Shown: positions 13,123 to 25,240, counted from the first letter of the stretch. The stretch is DNA of 64,000 nucleotides from Dicyema japonicum (GCA_011109175.1 RDEW01000029.1:158158-222157), one strand, 5' to 3'. Notes: generated by a model from the sequence alone, not told the origin. Numbers and translations: made by a program.

Positions 13123-13329
13123 TACGAAAATACTAATTCCTAAAAAAATGAAATAGCGTCCAAGTTCCCCTGTCGTACGGAAAATCCCGTCAATCTGTGC
13201 GAGTTGGTCATACAGGGTGAAATAGGGAGCAGTCCTCAGGACACATGTAAGCCTCTGTACGTTGAGACTGTTTTTCAGGAGGAATTGTGCTGTATGCATG
13301 TCAAGTGAAAGGAAAGACCACGTGGAAAA

Positions 13330-14260
13330 TAATGAATCGTTGTCTCTTTGAGTAACAGTCGTTTTTCACGCATAGCTCTCCCCATTGCATTTATGGTGAT
13401 TGGGATCCGAGGAAGATAAGTTCTTCAGACACAAGCGGTCCAGAGTCTCTTTGAATAACAGTCGTTTTTCACGCATAGCTCTCCCCATTGCATTTATGGT
13501 GATTGGGGATCCGAGGAAGATAAGTTCTTCAGACACAAGCGGTCCAGAGTCTCTTTGAATAACAGTCGTTTTTCACGCATAGCTCTCCCCAATGCATTTG
13601 TGGTGATTGGGGATCCGAGGAATATAAGTTCTTGATAGGGTGTGAAAATACTTCCAGGCAGTAATTTTCCGAAACATGACAAAGCTTTTGAACACTTCTC
13701 TGAAAGTCCGCAATTGTAGATTTCGCATTTAGTGTAATTTAATTCCAGTCCAGCTTCCAACAGTGCTGGAATTATCACTTCCAAATCACGGAAAACAGTA
13801 TCCGGGGGTCCTCCGAGGACCGCATCATCCAGATACCATAGGTTGAGGGGCGAGCGCGAAAGTTTGGTGATTTTCTCTATTGCAAGACAAAACAATAGGG
13901 GTCCAAGGGGATCTCCCTGTTGCACTCCAGAATAGTATGAATTAGGCAGTCCTCGAAAAGTAAGGATGAAGATATGCTGTATGACTGACTCAAAAATTCG
14001 AAAATATTAGGGCATCTCTCAACACACGTCTCCAGGATATTGTCCATCTTTAGATTACTGAAGGCGCTGTTGATGTCCAGTTTGATCAGGACATGTCCCC
14101 AGGAATCTTCTAAATTGCAGTTTATGAATGTCCTCACTGAATGGACAGCGGCCTCGCATCCCAAGTGAATACCGACGCCTACTTGAGTGGGGTTTAAGAA
14201 TTTTGTGACGAGTGGAATAAAATGTCTGGAGGTAATCTTCTGAAGACAGACCCGACCGCA
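13330..14260 (-). mobile_element. CRE-type non-LTR retrotransposon RT fragment
   Basis: GCEAAVHSVR, KLDINSAF, QQGDPLGPLLF and WYLDD motifs. The truncated end (13342-13630) is a ~103-bp unit repeated about three times. Confidence 0.85.
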
Positions 14261-14803
14261 TTATAAATTAAAAAATTCTTATAAAAATTTTGTTTTCGTA
14301 ATAAAATCAGATTTAGTTATTTTCATCGACAAGAAGTTTCCCAATAACTATTTTAAGATTATTGATTAAATTTTGGATTTTGAAATTTCCCAAATTTGGC
14401 GCATACCATATGGAACCAAAAATGGCAAATTTTGGAGAGTTTTCTACATGTCCAAACAGCCTCCATCTTGTCTCCAGGATCTCTGTGCTCCTTGTTCTCT
14501 TATAAATAATGTCTAAGAAATAAAGTATTAACTGGGCCCATGTTACAGCTAATAGTTAGCGAAAATCCGTATATAAAAACTATAATTTGTGAGTCCATCT
14601 TTGTCCTCCACAAACTTCCCCTTGAGAGGTACGGAATGACAAGTCTCCTTCGTCAATAAAGATCGGTCCTTCCAACTAAATAATTTTTTAGACCCGCCTA
14701 ATAAAATAACCCAATTAAACACTCACAAAGCAAACAATAATAAATAACCAAACACCAACATTGAATGGAAAAAATATCAAAAGAAAACGTCCAAAGTAGA
14801 AAA

Positions 14804-17800
14804 TCATTTTTTCTTAATGACGCTTCCAGCAACTCTAGTCCGTGAACTTGCAACCCTAGTACGTGAAGAGACGGGTCTCTAAACAAATTTATAAACTTAA
14901 TACATTAGTATTCCCCACTGTACTAGTTGTAGACTTATCTCCTGAAAACTTAGTCATGTCCAATTGCTCGTTAGTCCTACGTTGACCCAACATAGAAGTA
15001 GTACTCGGGGGTGGTCTCATAGGTTTATTCTCCGTTGCATTTGAAGACTGGTGGGTAGATGAAGGAACTTGTAAGGACTTTTTTGCAACACTTTCTTCCA
15101 TGAAAAGTTTGTTGCCTCCACCAATCCTGAGAGTACTCTTATCCCTCCCAATTGATGTATTCCTGGGACTTAATGTTGGCTTCAATCTACTATAGGGAGA
15201 ATATTCTTTCTTTTTAATACTGGTCCCGGCTAATACTGATTGAAAATTACTCCGTCCATCAGTCACATAAGGACTAGTCATTACTCTTCTACTGGTCCTC
15301 ACAACTTCAGCCCCCCTCTGTGTTGGTTTTTTGCTTGATGGAGTCAATAATGCTGACTTTTCCAATTTCATAGTACCTCCAGCGTTAGCTAATGTTTCAT
15401 TCCTTCTGTCTGTCCTCGAACTCATGACAGACACCGAGTTATTTGATGCGCCGCGACTTCTTCTCCCACGCATAACAGACAATGATTCATTATTTTCTAC
15501 GTGGTCTTTCCTTCCAAGCATAACAGACACCGATTCATTATTTTCCACGTGGTCTTTCCTTCCACGCATAACAGACAACGATTCATTATTTTCTACGTGG
15601 TCTTTCCTTCCAAGCATAACAGACACCGATTCACTATTTTCTACGTGGTCTTTCCTTCCAAGCATAAGAGAGGCCGATTCATTATTTTCCACGTGGTCTT
15701 TCCTTCCACGCATAACAGACACCGATTCATTATTTTCCACGTGGTCTTTCCTTCCACGCATAACAGACACTGATTCATTATTTTCCACGTGGTCTTTCCT
15801 TCCACGCATAACAGACACTGATTCATTATTTTCCACGTGGTCTTTCCTTCCACGCATAACAGACACTGATTCATTATTTTCCACGTGATGGGTCTTCCCA
15901 CTCATAGCAGACGCCGATTCATCATTCGAAACGTGATCTGTCTTCCCACTCATAACATTAACTGAACCAATCTCTGACGTGTGGTACGGATCACCAATCA
16001 TAGTATTAAGCGAATCAATATCAGGCACGTTTTCTTTGTTCGTGGCATTTACATTCGATATGTTAGACTCAACAATAGTAGAAAAGTTAGATTTATCTCC
16101 AATATCCACGATATTCTCATCCTTCTCAGAGGTCTTATGGTTTAATTCTTCAGTTCCCTTATCCTCCGATTGTGTGACAACATACTCCACATTATCCTCC
16201 GCGGCAATATCATCTCCCGTTAAAGCTGTTTCACAGAAATTCGTGGTTTTAACAGTCTCCACGTCACCTTTATGAGTTCCTGTCTCCACATCATCCTCAC
16301 AATAACATTACAGACAACCTCAATAACAATCTCTGTTAACTCCAGTGTATCCCCTTCACTATTTTTGGGGGATAAACTCACTGGTTGAGTTATAATAAAA
16401 TCCACGGGGACTTTCGAAACTCTCTCGGTTTTAATTTCCACCGGTGATTCAGCTATACGTCTACTGGAACTCTTTCCCTTAGTTACTTTAGTCCTAACAA
16501 AACTTTCCACCATCTCCAATACAGGAAAAACAAACCTCCTCATTCGTACTTTTCTTTTCAGGGAGTGCGACAGCAGCTTTTAAGCGCTTGCTCCTAGTTT
16601 GGATGGGAGAAAAGACGAGGGTGTCGGAAAGATTATCAGAAGAGAGCTTAAATATAATGAAATAGTACATCAGCCTGGGGGGAATCCGTCTTAGAGTCCA
16701 TGGATCTTTCTGTGGACTTCTGGTCTTCACACTACAATATACCTTTGTAGCCGCCTTCTGGCGTTTATTAGGATGGACTCGGGTGGATGTCCGGGATATA
16801 TGCGAGATCTCTGATGTGATGGAAGGGGTGGGAACATTCTTGGGCTTAAATATAAAGAAATCGTACATCAGACTGAGGGCAGTCACCCTTAGAGGAGACG
16901 GGTTTTCCCGAGGATTTCTGGTCATCACTACAATATACCTCTGTGGCCGCCTTCTGTCGTTTATTAGGATGGACTCGGGTGGATGTGCGGGATATATGCG
17001 AGATCTCTGATGTGATGGAAGGTGTGGGAACATTCTCGGGCTTAAATATAATGAAATAGTACATCAGCCTGGGGGGAATCCGTCTTAGAGTCCATGGATC
17101 TTTCTGTGGACTTCTGATCTTCACACTACAATATACCTTTGTGGCAGCCTTCTGGCGTTTATTAGGATGGACTCGGGTGGATGTGCGGGATATATGCGAG
17201 ATCTCTGATGTGATGGAAGGTGTGGGAACATTCTCGGGCTTAAATATAATGAAATAGTACATCAGCCTGGGGGGAATCCGTCTTAGAGTCCATGGATCTT
17301 TCTGTGGACTTCTGATCTTCACACTACAATATACCTTTGTGGCAGCCTTCTGGCGTTTATTAGGATGGACTCGGGTGGATGTGCGGGATATATGCGAGAT
17401 CTCTGATGTGATGGAAGGTGTGGGAACATTCTCGGGCTTAAATATAAAGAAATCGTACATCAGCCTGTGGGGAATCCGTCTTAGAGTCCATGGATCTTTC
17501 CGTGGACTTCTGGTCTTCATTACAATATACCTTTGTGGCAGCCTTCTGGCGTTTATTAGAATGGACTCGGGTGGATGAACTTGATTTACTTGAAATTTCA
17601 GACGTCATGGAAGGGGTGGGAACATTCTCAATCACCTTTGGTTCGGTGCAAGGCTGTTGGGGAACTGAATTTAGACACGTGGTATTATTTGGAATTCTTG
17701 ATTCAAATTCTCGAAGCTCAGCATCGGAGTTGATATTGAGGAATCTAGCAGCAATCTCTGCCGAATAGCGTTGACTATAAATATACAAGACGTGTACTTT

Positions 17801-18520
17801 TCTATGATGGAGAGAACCTTCGTTTCAACGACTTCTACGCTTGATTTAAGGGCCTTTATCTCTTTGACTACATCGAACAAGGAAGACTTAAAATTAAAAA
17901 AAATAAAACTTCGCGATGTTTGTTTTCTTCTAAATTTAACTTCTCAGCAGAAACCCTCTCGTTTCGGGCCATAATCGAGAAATTTAGCAACTCCTTATAC
18001 TTCTCAAGCAGTTTTTGATCTTTAATTCAACAATTATTTTACATTTTATTTCATGATCAGGATACTGCGGGTAACTCATAACAAACAAGTTTAATGCGAG
18101 CCTTTATTTATTGTATTTATTATTTATTTATTGTATTTATTAATAATATTATATAACATATTAAAGATATGATCCTCAAAAAAATCCAGGACTTGATGAA
18201 AACCTCGTGCAGCACAAAAAGTTAAAAATCTGTCCTGGATGTCTAAAAACCTCTCCAGCTGACAACCTGTTCGGTCTACAATTCCTTGACAAATGTGAAA
18301 CACCGGAAAAGTCGGTTCACTGCTTTTAGCTTCCCACAAATAAAAGGAGAATCATACCTATCATCGGTGACAGTCTTCGAAGAATGAGCCCACTTAGTCG
18401 AGCCTCAAAACGATCCACGGATGGGTTCTTAATAATGTAGTCAAAAGCTTTGGTATCAACAAGTTTCTGGGATTCTGATGGAACCAGAGCTTGACACGCC
18501 TCTACTGAAATCACCATATG
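14804..18520 (-). CDS. large multi-exon, low-complexity/repeat-rich protein; upstream part weakly formin-FH2-like (5' end unresolved)
   Basis: One frame can be built from ~17880 to TGA 14804-14806 using 22-25-nt GT-AG introns (e.g. 14879-14903, a 23-nt intron just upstream of 16289, 16845-16866, 17437-17458). It joins ORFs 17671, 17438, 16846, 16494, 16220 and 14889. The FH2 resemblance (ALVPSE...FEARL; IQDRFLTFCAARGF) is only tentative. Confidence 0.65.
15419..15960 (-). repeat. 48-bp coding minisatellite, 9 core plus degenerate flanking copies (KDHVENNESVSVMRGR)
   Basis: Directly visible tandem array, in frame in ORF 14889..16289. Confidence 0.9.
16647..17630 (-). repeat. 196/198-bp tandem repeat, ~5 units, each ending in a 22-nt GT-AG element
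   Basis: GT-AG elements at 17437-58, 17239-60, 17041-62, 16845-66 and 16647-68; spacings 198, 198, 196, 198. Confidence 0.9.
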
Positions 18521-19539
18521 GATTTACAAGACTATTTGAACAAAATCTGACAATCGGCCTCGTCACTATGCCTTTTTTGTTTTCAACGATCAGAAGACAG
18601 ATCCCACGACTGGATGGATCGTTTGATAACATTATTTAGTGAGGTATGTCTCGGGTACCTAAATGATCCGTTCAGAGAGCGCCGGGATATCTTCAAGACG
18701 TACGTGACCGCATAGAGTGGTGGTTAGAGACAAATGTGTTATCTACAACCTCACGGAAGTCACATATTTTAATATTACTTCAATGGAAAGTCGACCGACT
18801 CTCCACCATTCCTATACGAAGGTTGAAGTTCGCAAAGACAATTTAGAGAATACAAGACATCATTGGCATCTCCCAAAGATGAGCCTAAAAATGACTTTCA
18901 ATCCTCAGCTACCAGAACCCTACAGAATTTTCCGAATCTGTGGCAAAACCATCCCCTTGAGGTTCTTTTTAAGAAAGTTATCACGTTCTTTATCTCCCGA
19001 GAACTTTTGGTAAAACCCTTAATCCTCCTCCGCTGAGAAAGTTCGCAAGTCATCTTTTGATTTTGGCAGGTATTCACGGGCTGAGTCTAAAGCCAATGTG
19101 TGCCCAGTGAACGTACTAACGACATGTGTGTTTAGTTGACCTGTGTCTTTGGGGGTGCGTCTCTTTTATGACCGTAGGAACTGGATCTATTAAACTCCTA
19201 ACTCAGTGATTCGGGGGTTGAATCAACTGTTTACTATGTCTCATTAACTTTCCACGTTAGTGTCTTCAAATTCGATTTCTAGCGAATGAGGAGTATCTTG
19301 GGGGTTCTTTCATTAATATTTTTCAGTGACTGTAGACGTTGTGCTTATCTCATTTATGCCATTAGCAGTGAGAAGTACTGCTTAATTGGATTTGGAATAA
19401 TTAGTTTCATCGATCATACAAATACGCGTCATTGCGTAATTAACGACCTCCCTGACGAGGCCCAGGAGGTGGACAAATTTCAACGGAACGAAGATAGACA
19501 GATAAGAGTTCGGTAGATTAGAAGATGCTTAGAGAGATC

Positions 19540-19920
19540 TTGTGATGAACAAGCTCGCAAAAATGTGTTCAAAACAAGTATTAAGATTGGTAATGTTACA
19601 CATGAGTGGAAGAAGCCGATTGTACGGATGATAGCGAAGACAGGAAAACCGAGGAAGGATCCAGCGAGCTTCCGCCGGATCAACCTGAGTCTCTCTATTT
19701 CTAAAATAGTGGAACAAATCGTCTTCCAGGGGATTCAAATACTGGAAAAACGACTATTTCAGAAAATATCAATTTGGGTTTCATCCAGGACGACCCTGTG
19801 GTGATTGCCTGTTTCATCTCAACTCCGAGCCATCCAAGGACAGAGATTCCAAATGTTTTTGAAATGTCATTTGTCTTGACATTTCATATTCCCCATTGTG
19901 GGAACCCCTCTAGTAAGGAA
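19540..19920 (+). mobile_element. LINE RT N-terminal fragment
   Basis: EWKKPIVRMIAKTGKPRKDPASFRRINLSLSISKIVEQIV followed by a degenerate FGF motif. Confidence 0.7.
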
Positions 19921-20213
19921 TACCGATAGCATCATAACAACAGCCCCGAGTAGTAATGTTTCTATTATTAAAATTTTGTGATTTTCAAATCCGTTAATAG
20001 TCATATACGCAATCACTAATCTCAGCAATCATTCATAATAAAATCATTTCCAAGAATATTATTTTCTCAAATTATAAATAAAAAAATATTTATAATAATC
20101 GATGATCAGCTGGTAAAGTTATTGTCAAGTTGATGTTAGCTTTGATACTTACGACTCGGTTTAAATAGCGTGAACTGCGTTAGCTGTAAGCGAGAAGACC
20201 ACAGCAAACCATA

Positions 20214-20991
20214 ATGAGGCTTTTACTAATTTTTATTATTTTCGAATTTATTCAGTCAGGTATTCGAGTTGGTTCATAAAGACATCTTCACAATGATAAC
20301 GTACGACAACAAAGTATATTACTTCTCAGATGAACACCTCATGCAGAGACAGTATTTTTTCAGATGTGAAAAAATTGGAACCGTACCAGTGGAAATAAAA
20401 AATCAAGCAGAAAATGATTTTATAAAGAGTCACTTTTAGCTTCAACTGTAGATGTGATAACTACAGACCATCTTATTGGAATAACACACATCAACGATAA
20501 CAATAACACTTATATATCAACCGATGCTCAAATTGTTATAAATTGCATGTTATCTCAGGAATATAGCAATTGGGAACCTTCTACCAAATATCCTGGATAT
20601 AGGGTCAAGATATCGAGCACTACAGGACTATGGTATAGCACATACGATAAGAAATTTCCTTATATTTGTCAGCGAAGTATTCTTTTAATTAACCAGATCT
20701 TTCAATAACCACGACGAGTACGACTTCTACATCCACCAAATCAATGACTTCCACTTTTATGAAGTTAATGGATAATGCCGAAGAGGCACAAAACTCTAAA
20801 ATGAGTCAAAATAGTAAATATCATTGTTATATAATTAAGGGAGTTCATATATTTTTATTTTGGTTTTTTTAGTTATTTTTGTTGGATTGATCGCGGCGGG
20901 AATTCTTGTTTGTTTCGTTTACAAGCGAAATATTTTACTGTTTTTGGAAAAAGTCCAGTTGAATATATTAAAAACTCAACTAACAAATTAA
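20214..20991 (+). CDS. type I membrane C-type-lectin-like protein, paralog 1
   Basis: Four introns (22/23/20/26 nt) give signal peptide MRLLLIFIIFEFIQS, a CTLD-like domain (YYFS, C, EIKNQAENDFI, LIGI, YSNW, W, YICQ), an S/T stalk, a TM helix and a short tail. Confidence 0.75.
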
Positions 20992-21751
20992 AAATAAATG
21001 AATTGAAATTTTTGAATTAAATTTTATCATTTGCAAATTATCTATAATCAACTATCACCTTATAGCCTCTAAAGATGATCAAGTTATTTCCATCTTGGTG
21101 ACTGAATTTGAATTTGGATCTTTCTTATATACAGCGCTGTTTTTTTTTGATCAGAACTTTGGACTTGAAATGTTTTCCAAGTCATCACTTCCTCCTTGCT
21201 CACTTTATCCATGGCCCCAAGCGCACAAATCGATAATGAACTTACAAAGGAACGAAAGTCCAATATGTAGCAGTTGTAGGACTAAATTTAATATAAAATT
21301 ACAATTTCTTTAAGTACTATTAGCAACATACATAAAATCATTAAGGTTAACTTCTGACTGATAATCCTGCAAGTTTCAATTCTGGGCTGGATGATATTTG
21401 AGATTTGGGAAATCTTTTGAGACTAAAAGTTTCTGACGATTACCTTAATATTAGATTTCTAACTATCCAATTATCTAAAAATAATCTTAGACAAATCTCT
21501 TACGTAACAGAAAGTCATTATTTTCAAATCCTCTAATAGTCATATACGCAATCACTAATCTCAGCAATCATTCATAATAAAATCATTTCCAAGAATATTA
21601 TTTTCTCAAATTATAAATAAAAAATATTTATAATAATCGATGATAAGCTGGTAAAGTTATTCTCAAGTTGATGTTAGCTCTGATACTTACGACTCGGGTT
21701 AAATAGCATGAACTGCGTTAGTTATAAGCGAGAATACTACAGCAAACCATA

Positions 21752-22534
21752 ATGAGGCTTTTACTAATTTTTATCAAATTTATTCTGTCAGGTATTTTAG
21801 TTGGGATATAAAGACGACTTCTTATCGAGAACGTACGACAACAAAGTATATTATTTTTCGATCGATCACCTCTTGTACTCCGACTATATTTCGAAATGTC
21901 ACTCAATCGGAGCCATACCGGTGGAAATACAAAACCAGGCACAAAATGATTTTATTACAAGTCAATTTAGTTCTTACTGTAGGTCAGATTACTACAAACT
22001 ATCTTATTGGAGTTTGCTACATGTGCAGTAAAAAAAACATCTATGTTCGTACGGGAGAAGAAATTGTTATAAATTACATTTTATCCCAGAAATACAGTAA
22101 TTGGGAACGTTTTAGGAAAAAGCCCGGACTAACGGCAATGATATTTCACACTACGGAATTATGGACTATCTCATATCTCAAGGATGAGCCTTATATTTGT
22201 CAGAAAAGTTCTCATTTGATTAACCAGATCTTTCAACACCCACAACGAGTACGACCTCAACAACCAAGTCTACAACTCCTAATACGACTTCTGCGCATAT
22301 TACGTTTGGGGGTAACGTAAAAGGAGCACAAAACTCTAAAACGAGGCAAAGTAGTCAATATCATTCTTTGTAGCTGAAGGGAGTTTATATACTTCGGTTG
22401 TGGCTTTTTTAATGTTTTTTGTCGGAATGATTGTGGGAGGAGTTTGCGTTTGTTTCCTTTACAGGCGAAATATTTTACTATTTCTAGAAAAATCCGCGTT
22501 GAATGATAACAAACTAATTATTCAAACGAATTAA
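21752..22534 (+). CDS. type I membrane C-type-lectin-like protein, paralog 2
   Basis: Same four intron positions (22/22/20/23 nt) give an intact frame: signal peptide, CTLD-like domain, S/T stalk, TM (VVAFLMFFVGMIVGGVCVCFLY), tail. Confidence 0.75.
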
Positions 22535-22596
22535 CATTAAATTAATCGTATTTTGGTTAAAACAGAAATTATCACAATTTTATTGTTGGAGACATA

Positions 22597-22760
22597 AATG
22601 TAGGTGATCCACCAGTCTCGGGAGATGCCTACTCTTTGGTCGGCATTTAAAAACTATTATCTCTTCCCTACTCCACTGGGGGTCCCCATTATGGCTGATA
22701 TAGCAGGACGTGGTGCTTGGAAAGGATTCTTATCGCTCTGACTAAGGGAACTGAACATAC
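22597..22760 (+). mobile_element. SINE-like family B, degenerate copy
   Basis: GATCCACCAGTCTCGGGAGATGCC...GGTCGGCATTTAAAA...TCCACTGGGG matches the family core. Confidence 0.45.
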
Positions 22761-22799
22761 TTACTTTGAGGGATCCCTCGAGGAATGACCCTGTTATAG

Positions 22800-23240
22800 G
22801 GAAAGTTAACCAATATCGTTGAGCGCACTGTTGGTGGTTAATTGGTAGAAGAAACAGCTAGCGACCTAGCTGTAGCACACTTAATGCCCTCATTTGATGG
22901 ACATAACCCAACGTACCCCTTCTTAATGGACTTGGGAGATGTTGGGAACTAAGAAGGCATTAGATGCGACATTAAGAAATAACTTTGTCCAATGTTCTTC
23001 ACTTTGGTTATCAGTCTAACAGATTAAGGATGGTAAACCGATGATGGGGGTTTTTTTGAGAATACCTATAGTGCAGTGGTTAGTGCTGTCGCTCCCCCTC
23101 TCTTCCTTACTCGAGTGCAGAGGTTCACAAAATGGGGAATGTGGACGTACAGATGCGTCCCTCAGGATAAAACCTATCTCAGGTATATCAGGGGTTATCA
23201 AAGTTGTTGACTTTGGACCATTGGGGGAACATGGATGATC
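22800..23240 (-). mobile_element. Gypsy/LTR RNase H remnant
   Basis: LITPDIPEIGFILRDAS resembles the P.F.L.TDAS motif; heavily decayed. Confidence 0.3.
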
Positions 23241-23359
23241 TGTCTAGAGGATCTGTGGGGGTGTTGCCAATAATAAACTAAAATCTCTTATTAAAGAATC
23301 TTTGAGTTGCTTATTGCGGAAATTTCATAGTTTATTATCCAAATACATCGTTAAACTCA

Positions 23360-23851
23360 ATGGCAGGGATAAGTAGACACACGGGACAGCAAATTGACAT
23401 TGTTGTCATTGAAAATTCAAAGCGTCACATTTTGATGACGTCATCGTTAATTATTGGTGAGAAGGGTTTCTTATGTTTAGTGCTGTTTATGGCGAGTATC
23501 TTATCAACAATGTTTGCATTGTCCAGGCTATCTCCGAATGTGGAGATGCACTGCGATAGATTTTGGATTGAATCAAAGAAGGCGCAATTTTCGGAAGAAG
23601 CTAAATTTGTGGAATACAAATATAGTGGATGGAGGAGGTATAAAGGTAGCTCAGAAAATTCTAACAATATTTACATTGGTGGACCGAGCAATGAAGTCGG
23701 GAGATATGGAGACGGTGTATACATCGTCCACATTGATAGAAATTCAAAAAACAACAAGTGTCTGTTATACAGTTTGAATCAGACTTACTATGAGTTCGAT
23801 AATAACGCTGTTTTGACGTGCATTGAGAAATCACCATTAATAACCAATTAA
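23360..23851 (+). CDS. putative type II membrane or secreted protein with divergent CTL-like ectodomain
   Basis: 163-aa ORF with hydrophobic segment FLCLVLFMASILSTMFAL, then C..FW, EEAKFV, IYIGG, C and terminal TCIEK. Lies next to the CTL paralogs. Confidence 0.35.
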   Translation: MAGISRHTGQQIDIVVIENSKRHILMTSSLIIGEKGFLCLVLFMASILSTMFALSRLSPNVEMHCDRFWIESKKAQFSEEAKFVEYKYSGWRRYKGSSENSNNIYIGGPSNEVGRYGDGVYIVHIDRNSKNNKCLLYSLNQTYYEFDNNAVLTCIEKSPLITN

Positions 23852-25109
23852 TTTAAATTATATTTTTATCAATAAATATTGTTTTTTCTGTATTTTAATT
23901 AATTTATCGTCTTTGCATTTTCTTGCAGATCGTCAGGGGAATTTGTCCTAACAAGAATCGAGTATTCTTGTGCAGCATGGATTACCCCTCTCAGAACAGA
24001 GGGAAGTGCTACAAAACCGATGTCTCCTAATATTATTGAGGTCGTCGAGAAAGACACCCACATTGTTACTACGAAGAACACTAAACGTCCCCCCAATCAT
24101 GGAAAACCTTACGGAACGTCACAGACTTGTTCAAAATGTCAAAGTCTACTGAAATTCCCATAGGCCGGAAGTCAGACTATATATGGAAGACTCCAAAAGA
24201 TAGGAGAAGAAACCCTCCCCTATGTGAGAAATCTGTGTGTAACTCCCAGCCCTTAGAAGATACAATTAGGGGGGGTCAAACAGTACCTGCCAACGATGTA
24301 ATGGGAGCGTATTTTGATTGCAGTCGATAATACGAGGACGACTGGGATGCACACTACCAATCCAAGAAGACCTAAGGATTTCAAAAATGAAGGTAGATGA
24401 AGCGGAGGACATAGATGCTCTGAGCAAAATTGAATTCTCGAGGGGAGTGTGGAGGCGTCTCACTGAAAAATTGTCCGTGTTGAGGATCATGATCACCCAA
24501 GCTATCATCAGGTGATGTCTGCATCTCTCTTGACTTTCCTTAAAATTTAACCCACTTGGCTGGGTGCGAATGACGGGGGACTTTCTACTAGCGAAGAAAC
24601 GACCGTCAGATCTGATTAGTGAGACCTTACAATTCTCTTGGAAGAAAGTGGTGGACCTTTGACTCCTTTAGAAATTGAGTTCACTGATTAAATAGTTAAC
24701 CCAACTTTGCTGACATGAAGAAAGCCAGCGAACATTAGGAAGTGGCCGTCTCTCCCAGAGATTCTCCACTTAACGTTAGCTTATTAGATGACTTTAATAC
24801 TTTTTGGAAGTTCTTTTTGGTGGACTAAGTAAAATCTGACGATTAAAGCTGGAAGAACGCACTATATTGGCTGAAGGATATACCTCGTAGTGTGGGGGTA
24901 TAAACTCTATGGAGAAAAGTAACTCATCTTTCTCACCATTCAAGGCCAAACATTTTTCCTCTTCTTGATTTCTTTGGGTCTCGAACAGAGGGATGTTAGT
25001 CTTTCTGGTAGTCAGACTTTTGGGGTTAGAGAATTGCGGAAGAGAAATCCACAAGTGGGGGGTTGTCAAAATTAAGCTCTAATTTTGGTTGCAAGTCTAA
25101 TATTCTTTG

Positions 25110-25240
25110 CAACGTGGTGCCATGTGGCTACTTGCTTCGAGATTTCTCCTCCTTCCTTCTGGTGGCGTCATTGGATTCACCTTACCCGGGAGGCGCCCAA
25201 TTCCAGTCCGACATTTAACATATTTGTCTCCAACCACCGT
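25110..25240 (+). mobile_element. SINE-like family B copy
   Basis: CGTGGTGCCATGTGGCTACTTG head plus GTCATTGGATTCACC...GGCGCCCAATTCCAGTCCGACATT core. Confidence 0.55.

Larger units (their letters stand above)
12014..14446 (+). mobile_element. pogo/Tigger-type DNA transposon derivative with nested insertions
   Basis: Degenerate termini AAGTAAACTTTC...GAGAGTTTTCTA. Segments 12200-12500, 12680-12800 and 14260-14446 align by eye with the element at 38408-40165. Confidence 0.7.

Noticed and set aside
15331-15901. Overlapping ORFs 15331+, 15501+ and 15641- as separate genes
   Set aside because: They are shadows of the stop-poor 48-bp repeat inside ORF 14889..16289.
15419-17630. CRISPR-like arrays
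   Set aside because: Head-to-tail coding repeats without unique spacers, in eukaryotic DNA.
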